Positions 39,665-49,336 of a stretch of DNA of 64,000 nucleotides are shown one piece after another. Position 1 is the first letter of the stretch, and every line of letters starts with the position of its first letter. Position numbers and translations under genes: made by a program. Source of the DNA: a candidate division WOR-3 bacterium (GTDB lineage Bacteria > Hydrothermota > Hydrothermia > LBFQ01); NCBI GenBank assembly GCA_027003075.1, contig JALWYV010000020.1:902-64901 (forward strand). Direction: 5' to 3'. Below the pieces are notes generated by a model. The model worked only from the letters and a program-made list of their open reading frames with translations. It had not been told where the DNA came from and searched no databases.

Positions 39665-41161
39665 TCACGCCGCTTTCCGTACCTTCTCCATTTCCCACTC
39701 CCACACGCTTTCCGGTACGCTCTCCCCCTCTATCCTGATAACCGAAGAGGTGCCAAGCCAGAGTAGGCCGAAAGTGCTGGTCGCGAGGGCCAGACCCAGT
39801 ATCATCTGGAAGGTTATAGCACTGAAGATGACAAGGCTCAGCAGGTAAGTGGCGGATACGACCTCCAGCTTTGAGATCACCAGGTTCTTACTGATACCCC
39901 TCGTGATTATGGTTCCCCTCTCACCGGCCTTCGGTGTCCTTTCAAATACTCCCCTATCTCCGAAGAGTCCTTCCAGTATGGCGTTGGTATTGTTAAGAGC
40001 CAGACCACCCACTATGGACATACCGAGGGGGACCGTAATGAGGGCTTTCCAGTCACCGTGGGCCTTTACGTATGCTACGGCGAAGGCCATCCAGACCACG
40101 GCTATAGTGAATATAGCCCAGGCGCCCATGGCGAGGAAGAGGTCGGGATACTTGCCGGAGAACTTTATGTACAGGACCGCGGGGAGCAGGAACATCAGGA
40201 GGAGACCGAGGGGGTATCCGAGGTTTCCGAAGGTCTGCATGAGTACCTCCATCTTCCAGCCGAGGGGCCATTCGGGAGACAGGATCTTTCTCCAGTGCTT
40301 ACGAAGGACCTGAGCACCTCCCTTGGCCCACCTCTTCTGCTGCGCCTTAAAAGCCAGAACGGAGTCGGGAAGCTCGGAGGGAACGACCACATCCGGCAGG
40401 TAGAGTATCCTATACCCCCTGTCGTACAACCTTATAGAGAGGTCGGAGTCCTCAGTCAGGGTCTCCGTCTGCCATCCCCCCACCCACTCAACTGCCGACC
40501 TCTTCAGGACCCCGGCCGTACCGTTGAAGGTCATCCAGAGGCCGAGGCGGCTCCTCACGAACTGCTCTATTACGAAGTGTAGGTTAAGCATGAAGGCCTG
40601 AGCCTTCGTAAGGAGGCTGGCATCTTCGTTGAGAAAGCCCCAGCGGGTCTGAACACCCGCCAGTTTAGGATCCGCCTCAAGGAAGGGTACCGTCCTCAGA
40701 AGGAAGTCCTCTGGAGGAACGAAGTCGGCGTCAAATATGGCGAAGTACTCCGCATCCGTGAGTTCCATACCGTAGGCCAGGGCCCCAGCCTTGAACCCTT
40801 TCCTGTTACCACGCCTTATGTGGCGTACGTTTATACCCTTCCTTCTCAGTTCCTTAACCACCCGCGCGACCACCTGCGGCGTTTCGTCGGTTGAGTCGTC
40901 CAAAACCTGAATCTCCAGCTTATCCGCCGGCCACTTCATACGGGCCGCCGCCCTGATCACCCTCTCAACGACGAAAGGTTCGTTGTAAACGGGAAGCTGC
41001 ACGCACACCTTCGGATGGCGCTTCAGAGGAGGTGGTTTAAGGCTCCATTCCTTCCTCAGGAAGTAAAAGGCGATAACGTGAAAGAGATACCTGAGGGACA
41101 CGGCTCCGAAGAAGCCGAGAAGCAATATATAAACTCCCAGAACTACCACTTCCCATTCCAT
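39665..41161 (-). CDS. Family-2 glycosyltransferase, processive beta-glycan synthase type
   Basis: DDSTDET, DAD, QQKRWAKG (QxxRW) motifs; flanking TM segments. Confidence 0.8.
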   Translation of the reverse strand: MEWEVVVLGVYILLLGFFGAVSLRYLFHVIAFYFLRKEWSLKPPPLKRHPKVCVQLPVYNEPFVVERVIRAAARMKWPADKLEIQVLDDSTDETPQVVARVVKELRRKGINVRHIRRGNRKGFKAGALAYGMELTDAEYFAIFDADFVPPEDFLLRTVPFLEADPKLAGVQTRWGFLNEDASLLTKAQAFMLNLHFVIEQFVRSRLGLWMTFNGTAGVLKRSAVEWVGGWQTETLTEDSDLSIRLYDRGYRILYLPDVVVPSELPDSVLAFKAQQKRWAKGGAQVLRKHWRKILSPEWPLGWKMEVLMQTFGNLGYPLGLLLMFLLPAVLYIKFSGKYPDLFLAMGAWAIFTIAVVWMAFAVAYVKAHGDWKALITVPLGMSIVGGLALNNTNAILEGLFGDRGVFERTPKAGERGTIITRGISKNLVISKLEVVSATYLLSLVIFSAITFQMILGLALATSTFGLLWLGTSSVIRIEGESVPESVWEWEMEKVRKAA

Positions 41162-41286
41162 GGTGAAGTCTGGATTCTAACGTAGAACTCTGGGGATGTT
41201 AAACCGGATCGTTTAAGTATGAGATTTGCAGGCCTCCCTGCAACTAACAGGAGGGGAGATAAACAACGTTTTTAAAATTAACGGTA

Positions 41287-41862
41287 ATGAAGGGGTTGTT
41301 GAGATTGATTTTAGTTCTGATGATGGCGATCACGTTAGCGACGTGTAAATCCGGTTCATCCACGGGACCGGACGTGGGTGAGGACAACCCCACGGATACT
41401 CTACCCGGTAGCGATACCACATCGTGGGTGCTTCTGGCCGAAGGTACGTTTACAGCCTATGAGAGGGACATAACGGGAGATACGGTGTGCGACGAGTTCG
41501 TACTATCGTGGCCCAGAGACGCCTACGACGATCCCGAAGGCTCAAGGTTCCCTTTGAACGAGCCGGTATATCCGGGAGACTACCTCAGGGTGTTCGGCAG
41601 GTACGAGGCCGGAAACGATGTGGGGACCTTCGCCTTTGCGGGAGATACGTCCAACCCCGGATTTCAGGAACTGGCCCTCGCCGTTCTACCCGACACCCTC
41701 AGAAGTCCGGGGGACACGGCCTCATTCGCTCAGCCCTACGGTGGTACGGATACCCTCTCCTTCTACATAGTGGTGGCCATGATAGACAACGGAAACATGA
41801 GGTGCAGGCCCAACTCAACCGATTCCGTAAGGTTCTACTACAGGCTTGAAAAGAGGAGGTGA
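41287..41862 (+). CDS. Hypothetical lipoprotein
   Basis: Signal peptide with ITLATC lipobox. Confidence 0.5.
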   Translation: MKGLLRLILVLMMAITLATCKSGSSTGPDVGEDNPTDTLPGSDTTSWVLLAEGTFTAYERDITGDTVCDEFVLSWPRDAYDDPEGSRFPLNEPVYPGDYLRVFGRYEAGNDVGTFAFAGDTSNPGFQELALAVLPDTLRSPGDTASFAQPYGGTDTLSFYIVVAMIDNGNMRCRPNSTDSVRFYYRLEKRR

Positions 41863-42026
41863 GCATGCGGAAGGTTGGCCGTATGCTCCATTCGGATAAC
41901 TCCCTATCCAAACCGTTCCATAATTGGAATCTCCAGACCCTCCCCTTTGACCACTACGCCCGCATCTGGTCCGTGGGAGACCGCGACTCGGCGAGGGTAT
42001 ATTACAAGATATTGAAATTGAAGATA

Positions 42027-42488
42027 ATGAAAAGGTTATCTCTCTTTGCCGTACTGCTTCTGGTAGGCTGTGGCGGTAAAAAGGCCGAGGAGAAGGCCAA
42101 AAAGGGTGCCGTGAAACCCGTCGCCGAACAACAGGTTCAGATAAAGCCTCCTGCCAACCTATCCCACCCTGCTATGGCCCAGCAGTGGGAGGCCTTCAAG
42201 AAGAGCGAGGCCGTAAATTACGCCCCTCCCGGATTCCAGCTTGAGGGTTTCGGAGAGGACGAGAAGGGTTTCGTAGCCTGGGGAAACGTAAAGGGTAAAA
42301 CACAGGAGGATATCGTAAGTTTCTACACCTCCAAGTTCGGGGAACCCACGAAAAAGGCTCAGAATCCCGTCATAGGGAACGCCGTCACCCTCGTATGGGA
42401 AGGTGAGAAATTCTCGGTGATGGTCCGGCAGAAAGAAGGTGGCGTAAGCGTTCATTACTCCAAGGGCAGAAAAGGAGGCGGGAAATGA
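42027..42488 (+). CDS. Hypothetical lipoprotein (start trimmed to MKRLSLFAVLLLVGCGG)
   Basis: Lipobox; paralogous to the next gene. Confidence 0.55.
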   Translation: MKRLSLFAVLLLVGCGGKKAEEKAKKGAVKPVAEQQVQIKPPANLSHPAMAQQWEAFKKSEAVNYAPPGFQLEGFGEDEKGFVAWGNVKGKTQEDIVSFYTSKFGEPTKKAQNPVIGNAVTLVWEGEKFSVMVRQKEGGVSVHYSKGRKGGGK

Positions 42489-42940
42489 GGCGGGTCTTTC
42501 TGATCCCCGTGTTTCTTCTACTCTCCTGCATGCCCGGGGGATGCCAGCAGAGAATGGCCGAAAGGATGGGAGAGAGGGTTGTTGAAAAAGCCATAGAGAG
42601 TCAAATGAAGGCGGCAGGGGGACGGGAAGTTGATATAGGTTCCGTAAATCTAAAAGGTGAGGCCAGGGAATATGCCCCTCCCGGTTTCAGAGCCAGCTTT
42701 TTGGGCGAGACGGAGGACGGTTTTATGATGGCCGGGGTAGTGAAGGGTAAAACTCAGGAGGATCTGGCCGAATTCTTTATATCTAAACTCGGAAAACCTT
42801 CCGGCCGTTTTGTGATGGGAAACCAGCTCCATCTCGCATGGAATGAAAAGGATACCTACGTGGTGATAAATGGTAAGTCCGGGAGTATAGAACTCTACGT
42901 GGCAAAAGGTAAAAAGGCAAAAGGAAAGATAGGGAGGTGA
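42485..42940 (+). CDS. Hypothetical lipoprotein, tandem paralogue
   Basis: Shares YAPPGF...G..KGKTQED...F...K.G.P with the preceding gene. Confidence 0.55.
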   Translation: MRRVFLIPVFLLLSCMPGGCQQRMAERMGERVVEKAIESQMKAAGGREVDIGSVNLKGEAREYAPPGFRASFLGETEDGFMMAGVVKGKTQEDLAEFFISKLGKPSGRFVMGNQLHLAWNEKDTYVVINGKSGSIELYVAKGKKAKGKIGR

Positions 42941-42943
42941 AAC

Positions 42944-43843
42944 ATGAAAAGGTTAAGCGCGCTTTTCCCTCTGATCGTGGTAGCCGGCTTCGTAACGGCC
43001 GGATGTAAGAAGGATACCGGTCCCGAAGAGGACACTTACGCCGGTACGACCCTCTACGTCTACTCCAACGAGGGCGGAAACTACGACATCTACACCCTCA
43101 AACCTGAGGACGGAACCCTGACCAAGGTTGTAGGTACAGCCGCGGATGAGAAGCACCCCTTCGTCTTCGGTGACAAGATATACTTCGCCGCCAACGACGA
43201 CGGCGATTACGACATCTACGTGGCCAACAGCGACGGCTCCGGACGGACGAAGGTAACGGACCTGTCGGGAGACGAGATTCAACCTGTAGTAAGTCCTGAC
43301 GGCAGGTATCTCGCCTTCACATGGGGGACCTCCGGAAACCTGAAAGTCGTCCTATATGACCTCCAGAACAACACCACGGTGAGGACATTCGGGGACGACG
43401 GTAAGACGAACCTATCCCCCGAATTTATCGGAAACGATACCCTCCTGATGACCCTTCAGGATTACAACGGTGCCTACTCTCAAGAGCCGTGGATTTACGT
43501 AATATCGGCCGATACCCTCGTACACCTCTCTGGAGACAACTCCCTGCAGGAGTCCCACTGGAGGGTGAGAAACGGTAAGGTGGCCTACGCACGGATGGGC
43601 CTTTACGGGGATAATCCCCGCATAGCCGTCGCGGATTTCCCTTCCCTCGGCAACGTTCAGGACGTGTATTCCCACAGTATCCGTTCCATCTACCCCGTCT
43701 GGAGTCCCGACGGTACGCATCTGGCCGTCTCCCACAGCGGCACCTGTCTCATCGTTACGGTTGATGCCTCCGCCGGAGGCGTTACGGATACGCTCTATCA
43801 AAAGAGCGGAGCAGAGTGCTACACCTACGCGACGTGGAAGTAG
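42944..43843 (+). CDS. TolB-like (PD40/WD40-like repeat) beta-propeller lipoprotein
   Basis: Lipobox VTAGC; repeated DIY...DG...SPDG PD40 motifs. Confidence 0.65.
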   Translation: MKRLSALFPLIVVAGFVTAGCKKDTGPEEDTYAGTTLYVYSNEGGNYDIYTLKPEDGTLTKVVGTAADEKHPFVFGDKIYFAANDDGDYDIYVANSDGSGRTKVTDLSGDEIQPVVSPDGRYLAFTWGTSGNLKVVLYDLQNNTTVRTFGDDGKTNLSPEFIGNDTLLMTLQDYNGAYSQEPWIYVISADTLVHLSGDNSLQESHWRVRNGKVAYARMGLYGDNPRIAVADFPSLGNVQDVYSHSIRSIYPVWSPDGTHLAVSHSGTCLIVTVDASAGGVTDTLYQKSGAECYTYATWK

Positions 43844-43850
43844 AGGAAAG

Positions 43851-43880
43851 GGGGGCCTTCGGCCCCCTTTAACGAATTTT
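43851..43880. terminator. Hairpin GGGGGCC-ttcg-GGCCCCC plus T-rich tail between convergent TolB-like gene and ruvB
   Basis: Seen in sequence. Confidence 0.5.
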
Positions 43881-44822
43881 CTGGGCCACGTGTTCGGCCC
43901 CTTTCATGGTGAGGATCCTTCCCCTCGGTGTCCGCTCTATCAAACCCATCCTCAGCAGGTAGGGTTCAATCACCTCCTCTATGGTGCCTTCGTCCTCTGA
44001 GAGGGCGGCGGCCAGCGTCTTCAAACCCGCCGGGCCACCCCTGAACTTCTCGTAAAGAACCTTCAGGTACCTGAGGTCGTCCGGAGTTAGGCCCAGCTCG
44101 TCCACACCCAACCTCTCAAGGGCCATGCGGGCGGTTTCTCCGTCTATTACACTCTTACCTTCGGCCTGAGCGAAGTCCCTCACCCTGCGGAGCAGGTTGT
44201 TGGCTATACGGGGGGTGCCTCTGGCCCTGCGGGCGATCTCAATCAGGGCGTCCTCCGTGACCTCTATCCCCAGAAGGTCGGCGGACCTCTTCAGTATCTG
44301 AGCCAGTTCCTCAACCGAGTAGTAGTCCAGACGGAGGATTATACCGAAACGGCTTCTTAACGGCTTGGTAAGGAGACCCATACGGGTGGTCGCCCCTACG
44401 AGAGTAAAACGGGGGAGGGGAAGGCGTACCGTCCTCGCCCCCGCCCCCTTGTCTATGACGACGTCTATGTAGAAGTCCTCCATAGCCGTGTACAGGTACT
44501 CCTCAACCGCCCTCGGTATACGGTGGATCTCGTCTATGAAGAGGACACCACCGGAGGGCAGGGAGGTGAGTATTCCGGCCAGATCTGCCGGCCTCTCAAG
44601 GGAAGGACCGGATGCCGTCTTTATCTCGGTACCCATCTCGGCGGCCACGAGGTAGGCGAGGGTCGTCTTACCCAGGCCCGGAGGCCCAACCAAAAGGACG
44701 TGTTCCAGCGGTTCACCCCTCTCCTTCGCCGCCTTTGTGAAGACCTTCAGGTTCTCAACAACGTCCCTCTGACCGACGAACTCGTCTAAACTCTTCGGCC
44801 GGAGGTCAACCTCTTTCCTCAG
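43869..44822 (-). CDS. ruvB: Holliday junction branch-migration helicase RuvB (5' boundary uncertain, no canonical start)
   Basis: LRPKSLDEFVGQ...GPPGLGKTTLA...FIDEIHR... full RuvB; frame open only back to 44846 with no ATG/GTG/TTG; CTG at 44822 follows AGGGAGGAG. Confidence 0.85.
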   Translation of the reverse strand: MRKEVDLRPKSLDEFVGQRDVVENLKVFTKAAKERGEPLEHVLLVGPPGLGKTTLAYLVAAEMGTEIKTASGPSLERPADLAGILTSLPSGGVLFIDEIHRIPRAVEEYLYTAMEDFYIDVVIDKGAGARTVRLPLPRFTLVGATTRMGLLTKPLRSRFGIILRLDYYSVEELAQILKRSADLLGIEVTEDALIEIARRARGTPRIANNLLRRVRDFAQAEGKSVIDGETARMALERLGVDELGLTPDDLRYLKVLYEKFRGGPAGLKTLAAALSEDEGTIEEVIEPYLLRMGLIERTPRGRILTMKGAEHVAQKIR

Positions 44823-46156
44823 CGTGATAACTCCTCCCTTGCAGCCTTCAGGGACTCCTCCAGTATCTCAACGGCGACGTCTACGTGTTCCTTGCGTATT
44901 ACGAGCGGAGGAGAGAAACGGAGGGACGTGGGTCCGCATCCGAGGGTAACCACCCCCCTCCTGAACATCTCGTAAACCACCCTATCCCTGAACTCCGGAT
45001 AGGGCTCCTTACTCTCCCTGTCCTTTACGAACTCTATGCCTATCATCAGGCCCTTACCCCTCACGTCCCCCATCTCCTCGTAGGACTTCTGAAGTTCCCT
45101 GAGCCTGCCGAGGAAGTACTCCCCGACAACCCGCGCGTTCTCCATGAGACCGTTCTCTATCAGCTCAAGGGTCTTTATGGCGGCTGCGGCGGCCACCGGG
45201 TTCCCCCCGAAGGTGTTGGCGTGCGCCCCCTGGGGCCAGTCCATTAGTTCGGCCTTCGCTATCATCGCTCCCATGGGAAGACCGGAGGCTATGCCCTTGG
45301 CCACGCCGATGATGTCGGGAACGGTGTTCCAGTGTTCTATACCGAACCACTTCCCCGTCCTTCCGAGGCCGGCCTGAACCTCGTCGGAGATCAGGAGTAT
45401 ACCGTACTTATCCGCCAGCGCCCTGAGTTTGGGGAAGAAGTCGGGCAGGGGAAGTACGTACCCGCCCTCTCCCTGTATAGGCTCAAGCACAAAAGCGGCG
45501 ACCTCTTCGGGTGGCACTATCCTGTCAAACAGTACGTTCTCTATGTAGTCTATGAGCTGGTCGGAAGCCTTATCGGGAGGGGCGTTGAAGGGCGGACGGT
45601 AGGCGTTAGGATAGGGTATAAAGAAGACCCCCGGAACAAGGGGGGAGAAACGGGCTCGGTGTACCGTCTTTGAGGAGGTTACGGAGAGGGAACCGAAGGT
45701 CCTGCCGTGGAAGGACCCTTCAAAGGCTATAAAGTACTGCCTTTTAGTGTGCCAGCGGGCGAGTTTAAGGGATGCCTCCGTGGATTCAGTACCGGAGTTG
45801 GTGAAGAACACCATCTGGTTGTCCCCTTCACGGGGGAAGATGGAGGCCAGTTTTTTGGCCAGAGTTACCTCAAGGTCGTGGTAGAAGTCCGTACTGACGT
45901 GCAGGAAACGGTTCAAGACTTCATGAACGGCCTGAAGCACTTCGGGATGCAGGTGGCCGGTGGAGTTAACGGCCACGCCGGCGAGCATGTCAAGGTACTT
46001 GTTCCCGTCCACGTCCCAGATCCATACGTCCTTAGCGCGGTCAAACACGAGTTCCGGACCCTTGGGGTAGGAGTGGGAGATGTACTTCCTGTGTTCCTTC
46101 AGTATCGCCTTTGCCTTTGGCCCCGGAGGTGGGGTCTTTATCTCTGGTCTCTCCAT
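44819..46156 (-). CDS. Class-III (omega) aminotransferase (GabT/ArgD family)
   Basis: PLP-fold signature, DEVQAGLGRTGKWF lysine region. Confidence 0.85.
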   Translation of the reverse strand: MERPEIKTPPPGPKAKAILKEHRKYISHSYPKGPELVFDRAKDVWIWDVDGNKYLDMLAGVAVNSTGHLHPEVLQAVHEVLNRFLHVSTDFYHDLEVTLAKKLASIFPREGDNQMVFFTNSGTESTEASLKLARWHTKRQYFIAFEGSFHGRTFGSLSVTSSKTVHRARFSPLVPGVFFIPYPNAYRPPFNAPPDKASDQLIDYIENVLFDRIVPPEEVAAFVLEPIQGEGGYVLPLPDFFPKLRALADKYGILLISDEVQAGLGRTGKWFGIEHWNTVPDIIGVAKGIASGLPMGAMIAKAELMDWPQGAHANTFGGNPVAAAAAIKTLELIENGLMENARVVGEYFLGRLRELQKSYEEMGDVRGKGLMIGIEFVKDRESKEPYPEFRDRVVYEMFRRGVVTLGCGPTSLRFSPPLVIRKEHVDVAVEILEESLKAAREELSR

Positions 46157-46324
46157 AAGGAGGATATTCTACCGTGGTTTTCGGGGGATGTCCACGGTTT
46201 GTTTCTTGCGATTTTTTAAAGGGTGTCCATAGCGGTGGAAAGTGTCGGGTACAGGGTGCAACGGATCGTGGGAAGAAGGGTAAGAGAGATTTTTGACAAC
46301 AGATTCACCCTTAAAATTTAACTT

Positions 46325-46921
46325 ATGCTGCTTTCCATATTACTTTCGGTTGAGCCTGCACCGGACTCCCTCTTTGGGAGATGGGAGGTATGGGAGTACT
46401 TTCAGGAGGCTGACACCACACCCCTGCCGGAGGAACCTCAGGGGTACGACCTCAAACTCGGAAACCACATAGCCCTTCAGGACACGTGGTACCACGTTTA
46501 CAGGAAGGGTTCCAAAAAGTACCATGGAGGCACACCTTACATGCTCATCAGAGGCAAGCTCTTCCTTGAGGATATTGACAGTATAGTCCTCTTCGTGAAG
46601 TGCAACTTCCCGTTTACAGTTGCAGGTTCGGGTTTAACGAGAACTGGCAAAGGAAAATTACGACCTATATACAATTTCCCCGAAGGAACAGACGGATGGG
46701 AAAAGGTGGTGCTAAGACCCGCGGATATTGTTGAGGTTGATACGACGGACACGAGTTATGTGATGAGGAGGTTTATTGAAGATTACCTCGGAGATAAACG
46801 CATGTATCCCAACGGTATGATACGGGTTGTAATTTCGGCCTACGAGAAGGTAGGTGTATTCTACGTCCGGTTTGAGGTATCGCCTCTTTACGTGTATCTG
46901 AAGAAGGAGGAGGAGAGATGA
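46325..46921 (+). CDS. Hypothetical protein, cassette copy A
   Basis: C-terminus VFYVRFEVSPLYVYL resembles copy B YEYEMELSPIYLVR. Confidence 0.45.
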   Translation: MLLSILLSVEPAPDSLFGRWEVWEYFQEADTTPLPEEPQGYDLKLGNHIALQDTWYHVYRKGSKKYHGGTPYMLIRGKLFLEDIDSIVLFVKCNFPFTVAGSGLTRTGKGKLRPIYNFPEGTDGWEKVVLRPADIVEVDTTDTSYVMRRFIEDYLGDKRMYPNGMIRVVISAYEKVGVFYVRFEVSPLYVYLKKEEER

Positions 46922-47049
46922 TCACCCTGATGCTCGTATGGTTTGAGAGCAGGGTAACTAATTACGTCCACTCGGACAGGTACACTGAACCTGCGGGTGC
47001 GTATTTCGTTAAAACGAGGGGTAAGGTGTTTAAGGTAGTGGTCATATAA
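46918..47049 (+). pseudogene. Detached T9SS CTD tail (43 aa, ATG overlaps preceding stop as ATGA)
   Basis: ...YVHSDRYTEPAGAYFVKTRGKVFKVVVI* matches the final strands of the CTDs found on other cargo proteins in this window. Confidence 0.5.
46991..47049 (+). repeat. Direct repeat copy 1 (about 60 nt, 27-nt identical core GGGGTAAGGTGTTTAAGGTAGTGGTCA)
   Basis: About 85% identical to 47991-48049, offset exactly 1000 nt. Confidence 0.8.
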
Positions 47050-47092
47050 AAGTACTTGAAAAATCTTCGCTTCACCCTCAAAATATGACCTT

Positions 47093-47737
47093 ATGTTGTT
47101 TTTCGTTTATCTCTTCGCCGATCTTGACGAGAGCAAACAGATGGACAGCATACTCAAGGCTGTCGGTGCAGTGAAGTACGAGTACGGAGGCTGGGAGATA
47201 GCCAACTTTGACACCCTGCCCGTTAGCGATAGCATACCCATACCCGATGGGGAATACAGGATCGTGAATGACTACAAGGCCCTTCATCTAAGGGGGGTGT
47301 GGGAGTACAGGGATAGAAAATTCAAGACGAGGCTCCTTAAACCTGGAATGGCATCCTATCTCAGAGGCTATCCTCTTGACCTCCTTGACTGGGGGAGGTA
47401 TCTCGTCTTCTATATCAGGGGGAAGGGAAGGTACGAAATAGGAGGAGAGATCGCATATCAACAGTACTGTAGAGGATTCATCATTAGGAATCTAACGCTT
47501 GACACATTGTGGAGAGAAATACGGATAGATCTTGATTCTTTAAAGAAGGGATTTGACGTCAATAATCCTCCCGGGTGGATATGGAACGATGGAGGCTCCC
47601 CGGCCTGCTGGGCATGGGGGAAGGACGGTAAGAAAAGTGGCTTTGTTCCCATGAGATGGGCTATTATACCCCTTGCCGACACCTTTGGAACCTACGAATA
47701 CGAGATGGAACTAAGCCCGATATATCTCGTGAGGTAG
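47093..47737 (+). CDS. Hypothetical protein, cassette copy B
   Basis: Paralogous C-terminal motif to copy A. Confidence 0.45.
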   Translation: MLFFVYLFADLDESKQMDSILKAVGAVKYEYGGWEIANFDTLPVSDSIPIPDGEYRIVNDYKALHLRGVWEYRDRKFKTRLLKPGMASYLRGYPLDLLDWGRYLVFYIRGKGRYEIGGEIAYQQYCRGFIIRNLTLDTLWREIRIDLDSLKKGFDVNNPPGWIWNDGGSPACWAWGKDGKKSGFVPMRWAIIPLADTFGTYEYEMELSPIYLVR

Positions 47738-47890
47738 GAGGTGAAACGTGCTGCCGTTAGCGGTCTCCTTCTTCGCCACACGTATAAACAGCGATATACC
47801 CAACTACTGCTACCAGAGTTACCTTGAAGGGGACCTCGCACTTAACGACGGCTATTTAGTGGCAGCAGTACTAAACAGAAACTGGCCTAA

Positions 47891-48049
47891 TAAGTTCTGG
47901 ACGATAAGCATCTTCGTTGATACCACCAGAGGCACAAATTGGCTTCCAGCGGAAGGCTCGTTTTCAGGGGCGAGGGCAGGGTCTCCTTGCCTGCAGGTGT
48001 GTATTTCGTTAAGGTCGGGGGTAAGGTGTTTAAGGTAGTGGTCAGATAA
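47891..48049 (+). pseudogene. Detached T9SS CTD tail fragment without start codon
   Basis: Open frame ...SGRLVFRGEGRVSLPAGVYFVKVGGKVFKVVVR*. Confidence 0.45.
47991..48049 (+). repeat. Direct repeat copy 2
   Basis: See copy 1. Confidence 0.8.
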
Positions 48050-48185
48050 CTTACACGTATACGAACGTTTATCGGCCGTCGCATTCACGACCGCAGAATC
48101 CTACCCCGATGGAGCAACTCCCTATCTGTTCCCATTTGCTGAACTTTTAAACTCCCACAGATGCAAGGTTCCGTTACCCCGGAAC

Positions 48186-49298
48186 CTATAGAACCTCCTC
48201 CAGAGGCGTGTACTCCAGACCGAAGGCCTCGGCCACCGCCTTATACGTCACCTTGCCGAAGACGAGGTTTACACCCCTCGCAAGGGCCTTATCCCGCTTC
48301 ACGGCCTCCTTCCATCCGAGATCGGCCAGCTTTATGACGTAGGAGAGGGTGGAGTTGGTAAGGGCGAAGGTGCTGGTACGGGGTACGGCTCCGGGCATGT
48401 TGGCCACACAGTAGTGTACCACACCCTCGGCCACGAATACGGGGTTGTCGTGGGTTGTAGGCTTTGAGAACTCCGATATCCCTCCCTGATCTATGGAGAC
48501 GTCCACCAGGACCGCCCCATCTTTCATATCGGCGAGTATATCCTTTGTCAGGAGTTTGGGGGCACGGGCTCCGGGTTTCAGGACAGCCCCTATGACGAGG
48601 TCGGCGTTCTTAACGGCCTCCCGCAGCGTGTACTCTGTTGAAAACAGGGTCTTCACGTTGGCGGGTATTATCTCCTCCGCGAGGCGCATCTTCTGGACGT
48701 TTATATCCATGAGAGTAACGTCCGCCCCCATACCGGCGGCCACCATCGTGGCACTCATACCCACAGATCCCGCCCCTATGACCACGACCTTGGCTGGAGG
48801 CACACCGGGGACACCTCCGAGAAGGACCCCGAGTCCTCCGAAGGGCTTCTCAAGGTACTTGGCACCCTCCTGAGGGGCCATCTTACCGGCTATTTCGCTC
48901 ATCGGGGCCAGGAGGGGGAGAAAGCCGTCGTCCGTCTCCACCGTCTCGTAGGCGATTCCCACGATCTTCCTCTCCATCAATGCCCTCGTAAGGTTCTCGT
49001 CGGCTGCGAGGTGCAGGTACGTGAAGAGGACCTGTCCCTCACGAAGTAGATTGTACTCCTCCGGCTGCGGCTCCTTCACCTTGACGATCATCTCTGCCCT
49101 CTCGTACACCTCCTCAATGCTATCTACCAGTTCTGCCCCGGCTCCGGCGTAATCCTCATCGCTCAATCCGGCACCGAGTCCGGCAGTTTTCTGAACTATT
49201 ACTTTATGGCCGTGGCGGGTCAGCTCCCTCACACCTGCGGGAGTCATCGCGACTCTGTACTCTTCCTTCTTGATCTCCTTGGGGACTCCAATTACCAT
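48186..49298 (-). CDS. ald: Alanine dehydrogenase
   Basis: Full-length AlaDH; [13 protein letters not shown]-binding motif. Confidence 0.9.
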   Translation of the reverse strand: MVIGVPKEIKKEEYRVAMTPAGVRELTRHGHKVIVQKTAGLGAGLSDEDYAGAGAELVDSIEEVYERAEMIVKVKEPQPEEYNLLREGQVLFTYLHLAADENLTRALMERKIVGIAYETVETDDGFLPLLAPMSEIAGKMAPQEGAKYLEKPFGGLGVLLGGVPGVPPAKVVVIGAGSVGMSATMVAAGMGADVTLMDINVQKMRLAEEIIPANVKTLFSTEYTLREAVKNADLVIGAVLKPGARAPKLLTKDILADMKDGAVLVDVSIDQGGISEFSKPTTHDNPVFVAEGVVHYCVANMPGAVPRTSTFALTNSTLSYVIKLADLGWKEAVKRDKALARGVNLVFGKVTYKAVAEAFGLEYTPLEEVL

Positions 49299-49336
49299 AG
49301 GAGTCCATTCTAAAGGCGGGTCTTCCCTATTCTGCC

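Noticed and set aside
46876-46921. Programmed -1 ribosomal frameshift joining ORF 46325..46921 to the CTD tail
   Set aside because: No X XXY YYZ slippery heptamer or downstream pseudoknot is evident in the 45-nt overlap, so it cannot be supported; pseudogenisation or duplication is the more economical reading
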